Source: a virus
Lineage: Duplodnaviria; Caudoviricetes
Virus record (IMG/VR): IMGVR_UViG_3300044756_000004
Location: 1 to 50,098 of that record
Length of the DNA stretch: 50,098 nucleotides
Strand: one strand, 5' to 3'
The notes beneath the pieces are model-generated. The model worked only from the letters and a program-made list of their open reading frames with translations, did no database searches and had not been told where the DNA came from. Below are positions 39,137 to 48,711 of this stretch, piece after piece; the stretch's first letter is position 1, and every line of letters begins with the position of its first letter. Position numbers and translations under genes: made by a program.

Positions 39137-39363
39137 TTAGGGGCTCCGGGGAACACCCTTAAATTGCTAGGATCAACTGCGCTAGGACCACGCGTAGCAA
39201 TGTCATTCATAGAACGTTCATTGATCTTTTGTCGATCAGCAGCATAATCATTTACAGTAGGAGAATCAGGACGAAGAGGAATTACATCCCCTGCATAACG
39301 TTGAGTTGCATCAGGCATGTTATGCGCCGGATGGTCTTCTTGTTTCATAGGTACTGTGCTCAT
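39133..39363 (-). CDS. Hypothetical protein
   Basis: ORF overlapping both neighbours. Confidence 0.6.
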   Translation of the reverse strand: MSTVPMKQEDHPAHNMPDATQRYAGDVIPLRPDSPTVNDYAADRQKINERSMNDIATRGPSAVDPSNLRVFPGAPK

Positions 39364-39503
39364 TTAACTCTCTTAAGTTTAGGGTTCTTTTTCTTAGCAG
39401 CAGGAGAAGCCTTCCTAGAAGCATTGGCGAGAATAGCGCCAGCTGACTTCTTAGATATGCCTTCCTTCTTGGCTATCTTATTCTGTACAGATTTAAAGCT
39501 CAT
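39360..39503 (-). CDS. Small very basic protein (47 aa, MSFKSVQNKIAKKEGISKKSAGAILANASRKASPAAKKKNPKLKRVK)
   Basis: Read manually; fills the gap and overlaps its neighbours. Confidence 0.65.
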   Translation of the reverse strand: MSFKSVQNKIAKKEGISKKSAGAILANASRKASPAAKKKNPKLKRVK

Positions 39504-39696
39504 CGCGGCTCTCTGGGCCTTCGTCGTCATTGTCTACAGAATCAGTAAAACCAATGACACGTCCCCAGCCAGCAGGCGGAGGAGGCAGTCCAGTTTCATT
39601 GTAACTAGTAGATGACTTCATTTGAACAAAGCGTCCTTGAGGGCCTAATGCAATAGCATCAGTCATGATGTCGTTTTGATTACGGATGTTAACCAT
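39493..39696 (-). CDS. Hypothetical protein
   Basis: Abuts the portal stop. Confidence 0.6.
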   Translation of the reverse strand: MVNIRNQNDIMTDAIALGPQGRFVQMKSSTSYNETGLPPPPAGWGRVIGFTDSVDNDDEGPESRDEL

Positions 39697-41555
39697 TATT
39701 GTGTTCCTAGTGTTCCTGTGGGAGTCGATCCCATCGGTGGGTTACGTGTAAGGCCAAGGCCGGGGTTTGCTCCCTTAGCCGACCCATCAAGATCGAAGTC
39801 CTCACCTACACCTGTAGCTGTGCCCATCTGTTGGTGGAGTTTCTCTTGAAGAACCTGCACTTGAGCCTGAGCATCCGCCTGTTCAGCCAATGCGATGTAC
39901 GGTGTCACGACTTCATAGTCTGAAAGATCAAAGGTCTGTTCGAGTATCTTAGCAAGCTTCACTCCTGAGAAGTGCGGCTGGACCGTCTGCCAAAGCCCCG
40001 ACCCTGTAAGAGCCGTAAGATTCTGGACAAGCTCAGCTTGTTCGGCGAAATGTCTGGCAGCGATAGGTTTGATTCTTCCAACGCCCGTAATATCTTCGAC
40101 GGTAAGCGTTTCGAAAGTAGCAACTTTGAACTCATCGTCAAACACCTTGATGGTTGTCGAGCCTGACAGGTTTCTTCGGGCTAATTCCAACATTGCGTTA
40201 AGAATGGGCTCGATGATCTGTTCTTCGAATTGATTAATTTTATTCTGGAAGATACGGGCTGAGGCATTCTCTAACCGCTGTACTTCGTATTTAGTTTTCT
40301 CACCGGGAGACCGGAAACCCATAGCTTCGCCGGGAGCGCCCGCCATCTTTTCCATAGTCTCAGCAAGCATAGCCATCTTGGACTCAGCTTGCATAATCTG
40401 TACGTCAGGCTGAACGAGTTCTACGTCACCTTCGTCCGAGACGAATATCTTTTCACCCGGCTGCCATGTGAAGTCTTCGACGAAGCCTTTGATCTTTTGT
40501 ACTGGGTAGGCCGTGAGGTCCCAGATGTCCGCAGCCATATTTTCCAAATGATCAAGACGGTACTGCATACCAACAAGGTTATCGAGGGGACCCATCCCCC
40601 AAAGATTATCTTGTCGCTTCCTCCATGGGACGTGGTAAATAGGAGGTTGGCCAAAAAAACTAGGGTTAGGTTTGTTACCAATAAGCTTATGTCGGTCCAC
40701 GACAGTGATGACTCGATTCTTTTCAAACGTGTCAGTGTAGTGGTCATACCAATCCCCATAGTAAGTTAATACTTCGCAATAATCCGATTGAAGATAAGAG
40801 CGGAAGGAACTAAATCCATCCATGGCATAAAGACGATCCCGTTGAGACCAATCACCTTCGAAGGTTCTCGCATGATATCTAACTTTCTTAAGATAATTAT
40901 AAAGTTCTTCGTACTCTGCACGATTCTCATCGTTAGACATCCGGTCTAACATCGACTTAAGTTCACCCATAGAGATTATAGAACGAACGAACTTAGGAGA
41001 AGAACTGAAGTCTTCTGCTGTAGGATTCATCACCATATCTAGAGGATTAATACGACGTACCGAAGGACCGATGTAACCCGCTTGTGTACCGAAGGATTGT
41101 TCGACTCGGTAATCCTGCCACTCTACAGTGGCAAAACAGTTCCCGAAATCAATGTAATCCAGAATGATCTTATCAATCTCATGTTTAAAGCTAGGCTGCT
41201 CAATAGCCCAAGACATATAATTGACAATAGAATCACGTTTCTCAGATGAGTTTGAGTCTCTTTCATTTGCCTCCCAGATTAACCACTTGCGTTTAGGGAA
41301 CAATGTAGCAGTATAATTACTGTAGAGATTATCCCTAATTTGACAAAGCTTGGGGATTGTGGTACGGTTCTTCCAAGGATTTGCTGAGTTAGTCGTCTGG
41401 CTTGTATCGGTAGCATAAACATAACGACGTATCTCCTCTTTATCATTCTTCCAGACATTACGGAGTGTATCCCACTCAACGTACTTTTCAGTCAGACGGG
41501 TAGCAAGCAGATCGGGACTAAGAATGTTTTCTAGTTCAAGGACCTTCCCGGTCAT
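39696..41555 (-). CDS. Portal protein
   Basis: 619 aa after terminase; PWKNRTTIPKLCQIRDNL, DYIDFGNCF, NLWGMGPLDNL, PGEKTKYEVQ. Confidence 0.9.
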   Translation of the reverse strand: MTGKVLELENILSPDLLATRLTEKYVEWDTLRNVWKNDKEEIRRYVYATDTSQTTNSANPWKNRTTIPKLCQIRDNLYSNYTATLFPKRKWLIWEANERDSNSSEKRDSIVNYMSWAIEQPSFKHEIDKIILDYIDFGNCFATVEWQDYRVEQSFGTQAGYIGPSVRRINPLDMVMNPTAEDFSSSPKFVRSIISMGELKSMLDRMSNDENRAEYEELYNYLKKVRYHARTFEGDWSQRDRLYAMDGFSSFRSYLQSDYCEVLTYYGDWYDHYTDTFEKNRVITVVDRHKLIGNKPNPSFFGQPPIYHVPWRKRQDNLWGMGPLDNLVGMQYRLDHLENMAADIWDLTAYPVQKIKGFVEDFTWQPGEKIFVSDEGDVELVQPDVQIMQAESKMAMLAETMEKMAGAPGEAMGFRSPGEKTKYEVQRLENASARIFQNKINQFEEQIIEPILNAMLELARRNLSGSTTIKVFDDEFKVATFETLTVEDITGVGRIKPIAARHFAEQAELVQNLTALTGSGLWQTVQPHFSGVKLAKILEQTFDLSDYEVVTPYIALAEQADAQAQVQVLQEKLHQQMGTATGVGEDFDLDGSAKGANPGLGLTRNPPMGSTPTGTLGTQ

Positions 41556-41643
41556 TAGTGATACCCAATTCCGAATAGAACATCTTTAAATGCGTAAGCA
41601 GCAACAGCTATTAAGATTAATACTATAATCGGTATAATTAATC

Positions 41644-43209
41644 TCATATTGTTCCGCCAAATCGTTGGTTGTATTGCATAGGTTGGTCTGTGTTCTTTTT
41701 AATAGAAAATAAATTCATAGGCGGAACTGCAAAGTCTATTGCAGACGCCAGTGCGTCTTTGACGTCATCATGTGCTGGATTAACAAATACTAGCTCTTCT
41801 TCAAGAACCTGAGTATTACCACCTTGGTAATGCCAAATTTGATGGTTAGCATATCGAGGTTCGAGGATGCTCATGATACGTTCCTCTTTAGAACCCTGCC
41901 ATCGGGAAGGACGATATTCGTCTACCGATAGCGATAGCCCGTGAGGACGTATATAGTTATCTTTAAGGTCTTTAACAATAACTTGCTGTGCGACTGATAC
42001 TTCGCAGCGTATCTTTCTAAATCCCCATTTCTCATATAGTTTGAGAATGTGCTGGAAATAATCAGATATCTTATCTGTCTTAAAACGGTCAATCTCAAGG
42101 ATATAGTAATTGTTTAACCCGTCTACGCCCAACACAATGATTGATGTGAAGTCGGATTTCTGCCCAGTTGAATACGCGAAATCAACGGCCGCAACCACAT
42201 TAAGTCGTTCTCGTTTAAAGAACCAGTTGTAGTCTCGGCGGGCGAGGTAATTCTGATCATAGTATTGGAATAAATCCCGTTGGATAGGGGAAGAATCAAT
42301 ATCGTGTGGGTCGTTGTAATATTGGGCTCTGAAGTGTACTTTGTTAAGGTATTGGGATCGTTTTGTATCGAGAACCTCTTGATTAAACCCGTACCACTTC
42401 CCGTCTGTACTCTGACTGCGGGGCCATATATATTCCCCCGTACCATCGCCCACAGTCTCGACGGGATATTCTTTAATGTCGAATAGTTGATTTTCATCTG
42501 ACCTTACTTTGTTTCCGTATGTGTCGTATGTTTCCCGCTCCATCGACGACAACGAAGAATACAAATCCAATGGGTGGTATCTAGTACCAACAACCATTTC
42601 CATAGCATCTACAGTTTCAATCGAAGCCAATAGACCGTATTGGTCCCTAACCTTCTCACGACCTTCTTCAGTGTAAGCATTGTTAGACACGACAACATCG
42701 TCCATAACAGCGATATCGCAATGCATACCGACAATATTCGAAGTAAGACCCGCTGTGAAAATACTGGGGTCACGTATATAATCTGCCTTCCTTTGAGGGT
42801 GATCTACCGAGATTTCTCGTTCAGTCCACTTCTCACGCTTAGCCTCTTCCTTCTCCACCATCTCAGGCCAATGGATACGATAGTTGTCTGAAGTGAGAAT
42901 GTCCTTCATAAACTTCAGCTGCTTAGTAGCAAGATTACTAGTAGAAGAAATATAAAGGATACGGAGACTTGGATTGCGAGTAAGCATCCAAGTACACCAT
43001 AGTGCGATAAGCGCGCTTTTCATGTGATCGCGAGGCAGAAGAAGTAACATATGTTTCTTAGCATTGCTGCTAGTCCACCATGAAATTACTTCCCTGTGGA
43101 TATTACCAAGCATTCGTTTAGGCTGAACAAGATTGATGTAAGACTCGAAGCTATTTAAAGCTTGTAGTTTACGTTTATCTCGTGCTGTCTGTAAATCTGA
43201 TTTCTTCAT
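41644..43209 (-). CDS. terL: Terminase large subunit
   Basis: LLLLPRDHMKS (Walker A variant), IAVMDDVV (Walker B), GTRYH, VDFAYS..SDFT, HDDVKDAL. Confidence 0.92.
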   Translation of the reverse strand: MKKSDLQTARDKRKLQALNSFESYINLVQPKRMLGNIHREVISWWTSSNAKKHMLLLLPRDHMKSALIALWCTWMLTRNPSLRILYISSTSNLATKQLKFMKDILTSDNYRIHWPEMVEKEEAKREKWTEREISVDHPQRKADYIRDPSIFTAGLTSNIVGMHCDIAVMDDVVVSNNAYTEEGREKVRDQYGLLASIETVDAMEMVVGTRYHPLDLYSSLSSMERETYDTYGNKVRSDENQLFDIKEYPVETVGDGTGEYIWPRSQSTDGKWYGFNQEVLDTKRSQYLNKVHFRAQYYNDPHDIDSSPIQRDLFQYYDQNYLARRDYNWFFKRERLNVVAAVDFAYSTGQKSDFTSIIVLGVDGLNNYYILEIDRFKTDKISDYFQHILKLYEKWGFRKIRCEVSVAQQVIVKDLKDNYIRPHGLSLSVDEYRPSRWQGSKEERIMSILEPRYANHQIWHYQGGNTQVLEEELVFVNPAHDDVKDALASAIDFAVPPMNLFSIKKNTDQPMQYNQRFGGTI

Positions 43210-44813
43210 TTAATTCGGGTAGTAAAGTATTTACCTTTAATCTGATCATGGAGGTAACCTCCAGAAGATTTCGCGTTTACTAGACTTTTGACCTTATTTT
43301 CATCGACGTTGGAATAATGATAGACTTTATCGTTTTGGAACTTAACAATAAGTTCGTTAGAGTTTCTGTTATGAACTACTTCTGCTAGATTGCTAGAATC
43401 AAGTTTAATAACATTAGGTTTAAGTCCACCTTCTAACTTATGCCATCTTCCAGCGAAGACAAAAGGTTCTTCAGGCGCTGGTACGATTATATCGTACGAT
43501 ATTCCTGATTGAAGAGCAGCTAAGTAAGACGGGTGTAATACATAACCGAAGTCTGAGAACCCTGTGAATACGACTACCGAGGGAACGAAAGCCGGTTGGA
43601 GAACTTCAAACTGCACCGAAGCATCTAGCTGCGGTGATCTCTTAAACTGTGGTTGTTCAAATGTCGTGAAGACATATGGTTGAACAACTTGGACTATTAC
43701 AGGTAGATTGACAAAAGATTGGTCAACCTGCAATACCTGCTTCGATTGCGGCTGCGCAAACGGAGAGAAGATATATTTTATGTCGGACGCCACAAAAGGG
43801 GCGTTCGTAAAACCTTCTCGATAAACCTTTACTATCTGTGGCTGGCTGAACTGTGTGAATACATAGTTCTGAACTACAGGCAATATAGGACTATTTAAGA
43901 AGTCCTGCTGGATAATTCCAGATTTCTTTGGCACTCCAAAGTCAGAGAAACCAGAGAAATTAACTGTAGTAACTACAGGAGTCAGGAAGGCAGGAGTGAC
44001 TAAGAAATCAGGTTGGATTAATCCAGCCTTCTTAGGCATTCCGAAGTCTGAGAAGACGAAAGGTTGGGTTACAACCTGAACAACTGGTAGATTAACGAAA
44101 GAATAGTCTTGTTGTAAGACTCTCTTCGTTAATGGTTGATCAAATCTTCCAAAGACTGTACTTTGAACAACTGTCGTAAGTGAAGTGCTTACGTTGCCTT
44201 CTTTGACAATTTTAGCAACTTGTGGCTGACTAAACGAAGAGAAGACAGTAGTCAGTACTGGAGGTACTGAGACAAATCCTGTAAACCCTTGTTGCAGATT
44301 CTTCTTAGTTTGAACTAAGTCGAAGTCTGAAAAGTCTCCCCCAGCAACTACTGTAGTTGCAACCACTATGGGTTGAAGTTGAGTAGTTAAGTCTGTCTGA
44401 GGTCTGACCTTAGTAAAAGAAGGTTCAGAGAATCTAGTGAATACCAACGGACCCGGCGTTGCCGCATCAGGTCGAAGTATTCTGAAGTTTACATCAGTAT
44501 TACTTTTAGCCTTAATAGGCTGAGGCTGACTAAACCCTGTAAATACTGGAGTTACTGCAACTACTTGAGCTACAGGTTGAGTTACGAACCCTTGATTGTG
44601 AGTTACCTGCTTCTTAGCAGAAGGTTGACTAAATGACGTAAATACTGATGTAGGTAATACAACAGGAACCGCCACAAAGCTTTGTGTTACCTGTAGTGCA
44701 GTATTTCTATTTCGATTGCTGCTATCCCATCTGCTAAAGGGTAAAGTAGGAGGAAGAGGTCCTATCTGGCCAAGAGCAAATTGACCTATTGCATCAAAGC
44801 CGAGAAGAGCCAT
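43206..44813 (-). CDS. Repeat-rich protein with C-terminal KTSC domain
   Basis: About 13 FxxF(S/D/E)QP-type repeats; C-terminal SSNL...LIVKFQN.KVYHY.NV......LVNAKSSGGYLHDQIKGKY. Confidence 0.75.
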   Translation of the reverse strand: MALLGFDAIGQFALGQIGPLPPTLPFSRWDSSNRNRNTALQVTQSFVAVPVVLPTSVFTSFSQPSAKKQVTHNQGFVTQPVAQVVAVTPVFTGFSQPQPIKAKSNTDVNFRILRPDAATPGPLVFTRFSEPSFTKVRPQTDLTTQLQPIVVATTVVAGGDFSDFDLVQTKKNLQQGFTGFVSVPPVLTTVFSSFSQPQVAKIVKEGNVSTSLTTVVQSTVFGRFDQPLTKRVLQQDYSFVNLPVVQVVTQPFVFSDFGMPKKAGLIQPDFLVTPAFLTPVVTTVNFSGFSDFGVPKKSGIIQQDFLNSPILPVVQNYVFTQFSQPQIVKVYREGFTNAPFVASDIKYIFSPFAQPQSKQVLQVDQSFVNLPVIVQVVQPYVFTTFEQPQFKRSPQLDASVQFEVLQPAFVPSVVVFTGFSDFGYVLHPSYLAALQSGISYDIIVPAPEEPFVFAGRWHKLEGGLKPNVIKLDSSNLAEVVHNRNSNELIVKFQNDKVYHYSNVDENKVKSLVNAKSSGGYLHDQIKGKYFTTRIK

Positions 44814-44824
44814 TTTAACTCATA

Positions 44825-45865
44825 TTAATAAGCGGCGTATCGAATGACACCCAACATAGTTTGGTTACGTGGTCTAGTTTCTGGAGCTGTTCTTGGTGTT
44901 CCGTTAGAACCATCTGTCGTTGGATTCCCGACCGTAATAGCGACATCCTTATTCAAGAAAGCATTAACTGTAGGAGCGTTACTTGTGCCGAATCCAGCGT
45001 TAGTACTATTTACAGAGTTAAGGCCAGTGTTGCTGTGTATATGACCTTGGAAAGCATCAGTCTGTAAAGTTCCAAAACTTCTAAGAAAGTCAAAGCCAGA
45101 AGAGTTATCTGCACTACGTACAAAACTTCCACGCAAATCAGGAAGAGTAAAGGTAGTTGAACCGTTTCCTATTGCAGTGCCTTCCCAAGGAGCATTAATA
45201 GCAGTATGAACACCAGAACCTGCAGAACTAGTATTGATCGCGGTCCCTCCGGGGGAAGTAGCTAATCTAAATTTATCTGTGCCATCTACAGCATTACTAA
45301 CCACGTAATATTTAGTACCTGTAGATAAACCAGTAGGAAGAGTGCCTGTAGTAGTAAGTAAAATAGGATCGCTATCTCTTAATTGATTTCCAGTCCAAGT
45401 GACTACAGCTGGAGAAGCATTAGTGATAGTTACTGCACTTGAAACAACTAATACAGCGTATAGTGCTGCATATGTCGTTCTAGAGACTTGAGACCCGTCG
45501 CAAGATAGAAAAAACGCAGGAACTCTATTATAGGCAATAAACTTAATTTCACCTATATTGACAAGACTTGCGAAATCTTCTGCTCTGGGTGTTATATATA
45601 CTTGAGCTTGACCCGTTAAACTTATAGGATTATTGCTATTAGTAGACACAGTAACAGAACGCGTAAGAGTAGTACCAGAAGATGTATAAACTCCTGTACC
45701 CGTCTCGCTGTTAGCCCCATCGAAGATACCGTAAGAAACAGTATCACCATCGACAACACCAGCAGATGAAAACGCCAAAAACCCTACAACTGGAGTTCCT
45801 AAAGTAATTGTCCCAGTTCCTGTAGTTGTCGTATTAACCCGAGCTAAGTTATATAGCTTAGACAT
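44825..45865 (-). CDS. Tail fibre-like protein with tail collar domain
   Basis: TTTTGTGTITLG N-terminus; GEIKF...FLSCDGSQVSRTTYAALY; GNGSTTFTLPDLRG.FVR; ETRPRN. Confidence 0.8.
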   Translation of the reverse strand: MSKLYNLARVNTTTTGTGTITLGTPVVGFLAFSSAGVVDGDTVSYGIFDGANSETGTGVYTSSGTTLTRSVTVSTNSNNPISLTGQAQVYITPRAEDFASLVNIGEIKFIAYNRVPAFFLSCDGSQVSRTTYAALYAVLVVSSAVTITNASPAVVTWTGNQLRDSDPILLTTTGTLPTGLSTGTKYYVVSNAVDGTDKFRLATSPGGTAINTSSAGSGVHTAINAPWEGTAIGNGSTTFTLPDLRGSFVRSADNSSGFDFLRSFGTLQTDAFQGHIHSNTGLNSVNSTNAGFGTSNAPTVNAFLNKDVAITVGNPTTDGSNGTPRTAPETRPRNQTMLGVIRYAAY

Positions 45866-46128
45866 TAAATTACTCTGAGACGCTCACGCGCCTCCATTCT
45901 TTTCATTTTCTCTTCGAAGGGATCGCATCCCTTGCCTACACAATTCTCACAGATGAAGGATGGGCGGTGTTTATCTCCACAGAGATGACAAATACCACCC
46001 ATGTCTTCAGCCCGCATCATAGGTCTGACTACCTTTACACGATTACAGTGGGCACAGGTGAACGTATCCCGCTCACCCGTTCCCGGATCAGGCCCTGTAA
46101 TGATAGTATATCCTTGCGCTTGGCGCAT
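45865..46128 (-). CDS. Cys-rich small protein
   Basis: CAHC, CHLC, CENC...C. Confidence 0.7.
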   Translation of the reverse strand: MRQAQGYTIITGPDPGTGERDTFTCAHCNRVKVVRPMMRAEDMGGICHLCGDKHRPSFICENCVGKGCDPFEEKMKRMEARERLRVI

Positions 46129-46131
46129 GGA

Positions 46132-46611
46132 TTACTCTACGAAGAAGAAAGTCGCGACGCCAGTCGAAGTGTAAGTAGGAGAATAAGCACGACAACCAAC
46201 ACCAGTGACGGTAGTGGCAGGAACAATCATTGCTGATTTCTCGTCACGTGCAATCCAACGCTGAGAGTTACGTTGGTTAAGTGCTACAGCCATCAAAGAG
46301 ACGCCCATAGTGGGCTCTACAGTATGGTTGGCAGTACCAACAAGACCAGCAGCAGTATCAGCCAAATCCATCGGAGATGGAGTTACAGCAGTACCAGTAC
46401 CAACTGTGGTGTTACGAATGAACTCCCACGTGATAGCACAATCAGTCGCGTTAGGAGCGCCATCTGCACCCACTTCCCATTCATAAATCCAACCACGCTT
46501 CAGCGTAGCCGCACCAGTGAGAGCAGTGAGATTAAGTAGAGTCTTACCGGGAGAAGCAGCGAGATTCTGCTGCGTACCGGCCTGTTTGTTATTAATAGAA
46601 TAGAGAGCCAT
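46132..46611 (-). CDS. Putative structural protein
   Basis: Beta-rich Thr/Ala/Gly composition; in the late arm. Confidence 0.65.
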   Translation of the reverse strand: MALYSINNKQAGTQQNLAASPGKTLLNLTALTGAATLKRGWIYEWEVGADGAPNATDCAITWEFIRNTTVGTGTAVTPSPMDLADTAAGLVGTANHTVEPTMGVSLMAVALNQRNSQRWIARDEKSAMIVPATTVTGVGCRAYSPTYTSTGVATFFFVE

Positions 46612-46620
46612 TTTTACCTT

Positions 46621-46917
46621 TTATGGGAAGACGCCAGCGACGGTTGTTACGTGCTGTCCGCCATTAGTGTAGGGGGAGACAGAACAATTAAGACTACCAT
46701 CAGGTGCCCTAATTGGGTTTGGAATACCTCCTACAGGAGCAGGAGAATTAGTTATATAGATTGCACCACAAGGGTGAGTAGAACCAACGTAACTACCACC
46801 GGGAGCTACGATAGCATTTTGAGCACCGTCTACACTTATAGAACCAGTATAGGCTGCTCCACTGACGATGGCGATATTAATAGAACCATCTGCAGCGTGT
46901 AATCCAGTATATGCCAC
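46621..46917 (-). CDS. Small repeat-containing protein
   Basis: Recurrent YTG...ADGS.N units. Confidence 0.6.
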   Translation of the reverse strand: MAYTGLHAADGSINIAIVSGAAYTGSISVDGAQNAIVAPGGSYVGSTHPCGAIYITNSPAPVGGIPNPIRAPDGSLNCSVSPYTNGGQHVTTVAGVFP

Positions 46918-47273
46918 TAGTCTTGTTCTTCTTTATAGAGTTTCTTTACTTTTTTAGAAACTGGAGTTAATTGAGAATCGTCAGTATTGACGTAAATTCC
47001 TTTGATAGCTGCGTTACGAACGCGCATATTCCAAAGGTCATCTCTGATATTTGTGACTCTAGAATCGAGACCAGAGAACCTTATATCGTCATGTCTTTCG
47101 TGGTATTCGAGTTTCTCAAGAATAGTTTGTTCAACACTTTTAATTTGCTGAAATACGAAGTTTTTAATCCCTGAGAATTGGTTAGACAGCCACCAAGCTA
47201 ACCCCCATACAGTGCCTCCTACGAAGACACCTACAGACAACCCTACTAAAATCACATCAGGTATCTTGTCCAT
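46917..47273 (-). CDS. Membrane-anchored coiled-coil protein
   Basis: N-terminal TM segment VILVGLSVGVFVGGTVWGLAWWL. Confidence 0.65.
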   Translation of the reverse strand: MDKIPDVILVGLSVGVFVGGTVWGLAWWLSNQFSGIKNFVFQQIKSVEQTILEKLEYHERHDDIRFSGLDSRVTNIRDDLWNMRVRNAAIKGIYVNTDDSQLTPVSKKVKKLYKEEQD

Positions 47274-47276
47274 TTG

Positions 47277-47483
47277 TCACCGAAGGTCTAGGTTGCCCAT
47301 CGCCTTAATGTCAGCACGACGCTCTTCTAGAGTTTCGTCCCCTGAAAGAATGCGAAGATCACCTCTTTCCTTAGCATACAACATATCTTTAGTAATATGT
47401 TCTATGGAATATTGTTTCTTTGGAGGAAGTGAGACATCATCGATGATGATATCTTTGTCAGTCATGTTAGTAATTACATACAT
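47277..47483 (-). CDS. Hypothetical protein
   Basis: ORF abutting its neighbours. Confidence 0.6.
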   Translation of the reverse strand: MYVITNMTDKDIIIDDVSLPPKKQYSIEHITKDMLYAKERGDLRILSGDETLEERRADIKAMGNLDLR

Positions 47484-47731
47484 TAGATCAACGATTTGTT
47501 GGGCATAAGAAGAGGGTTCTTGAACTTCGCGGTAGCCGCTTCTGAATCAAGGATGAGCTTCAATGCCTGTTGGGTTATAATACCATTCAGGACTAACAGC
47601 CCCTTGAGGTCTAGTTGTTCTAGACTCTCTTGGAGCTGATTAGTCTTTTTAGAAAGATCAGGGACGTTATTTATAGCCTTTAACCTTCTTGTCTTTCTTT
47701 TTGTCTTTCTTGGAACCTTCTTTGATTCCAA
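47483..47731 (-). CDS. Hypothetical protein (start uncertain)
   Basis: ORF only. Confidence 0.45.
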   Translation of the reverse strand: MESKKVPRKTKRKTRRLKAINNVPDLSKKTNQLQESLEQLDLKGLLVLNGIITQQALKLILDSEAATAKFKNPLLMPNKSLI

Positions 47732-47779
47732 GTTTCTTATCTCTGGCCATATCGGCCTTTTTAGCGACAGACATAGCCA
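47667..47779 (-). CDS. Very basic small peptide (MAMSVAKKADMARDKKLGIKEGSKKDKKKDKKVKGYK)
   Basis: 3' part of ORF 47667..47915; start approximate. Confidence 0.5.
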
Positions 47780-47784
47780 TACGA

Positions 47785-48081
47785 TTACACCACGGGGGTG
47801 GTGTTAGCGGTAACAGCGTCCTGAAGCTTCTGGGTATTCGCTGTGATATCAGCAATAACCTTATCGAGAGCAGCCGGATCGTTAGCAGCCTGAGCATCCT
47901 TAAGCTGTTGGACAATACCGTTCAAAAGAACGATGATTGAGTCTTCTACAGTCGATTGAGCAGCGACTGCAGCATTGATGTCTTGGATTGTAGCCATGAG
48001 TAGATTTACCTTGATATTAAGTTCGTGGAGGAGATATAGTTGTAACCAGTTACGGTCACGATAGTGACGATGCCGGTTCAT
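47785..48081 (-). CDS. Helical Ala-rich protein (core MATIQDINAAVAAQ...)
   Basis: Amphipathic helical composition; start uncertain. Confidence 0.65.
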   Translation of the reverse strand: MNRHRHYRDRNWLQLYLLHELNIKVNLLMATIQDINAAVAAQSTVEDSIIVLLNGIVQQLKDAQAANDPAALDKVIADITANTQKLQDAVTANTTPVV

Positions 48082-48214
48082 TCAGGCATCAGGGACCAAG
48101 CAATGGAGATCGCCGATAGTGGGACAACCAAGCCGGGTTGAACGAATAGACAGACTACTGCGGCTATACCGGAGCAGACTGCGATTGCGAGTTTAATGAA
48201 ATGGAAGACTTGAT

Positions 48215-48661
48215 TCATTTGGGCCAACTAGTCTTCACGGGTTGTGGGGGAGACTTAACCGGAGTAGTCGTAGTAGTAGTCGTAGTTTTAAGCTTATCAC
48301 TGAGTTTCTTGTCAGCTTCTGCCTTACGGCGTTCCATGTCTTTCTGATTAGCTTCAGCCTGATGTTGACGAAGAGCCTGAGCTTCCGCTACTTCGTTGGC
48401 AGACGTATCGTAGGACGGAGGAATACCCAACCGGACATTCTTGACGTCTTCATCCTTGACGGTGTTGACGTTATCGTATTTACTATTAGGATAGTTCTTC
48501 TCGATTGCTTTCTTTTCGTCTTCAGTGAAATAAACATCCTTTAGTTTGACGTTCTCACCATTACCATCAGGATACGTGACGTAGATGATCTCGTCAGGGA
48601 TACTGTGGACGGGTTGCGTGATAGCACCGACGGTGACTTCACGATTCTTATAAATAGCCAT
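48215..48661 (-). CDS. First late-arm protein, hypothetical
   Basis: Start MAIYKNREV downstream of the strong promoter; poly-Thr/Pro tail. Confidence 0.75.
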   Translation of the reverse strand: MAIYKNREVTVGAITQPVHSIPDEIIYVTYPDGNGENVKLKDVYFTEDEKKAIEKNYPNSKYDNVNTVKDEDVKNVRLGIPPSYDTSANEVAEAQALRQHQAEANQKDMERRKAEADKKLSDKLKTTTTTTTTPVKSPPQPVKTSWPK

Positions 48662-48711
48662 TGATTTACTTTCTTGTTTGTGGTAATGTACCACAGGAAT
48701 TACGAATGCAT

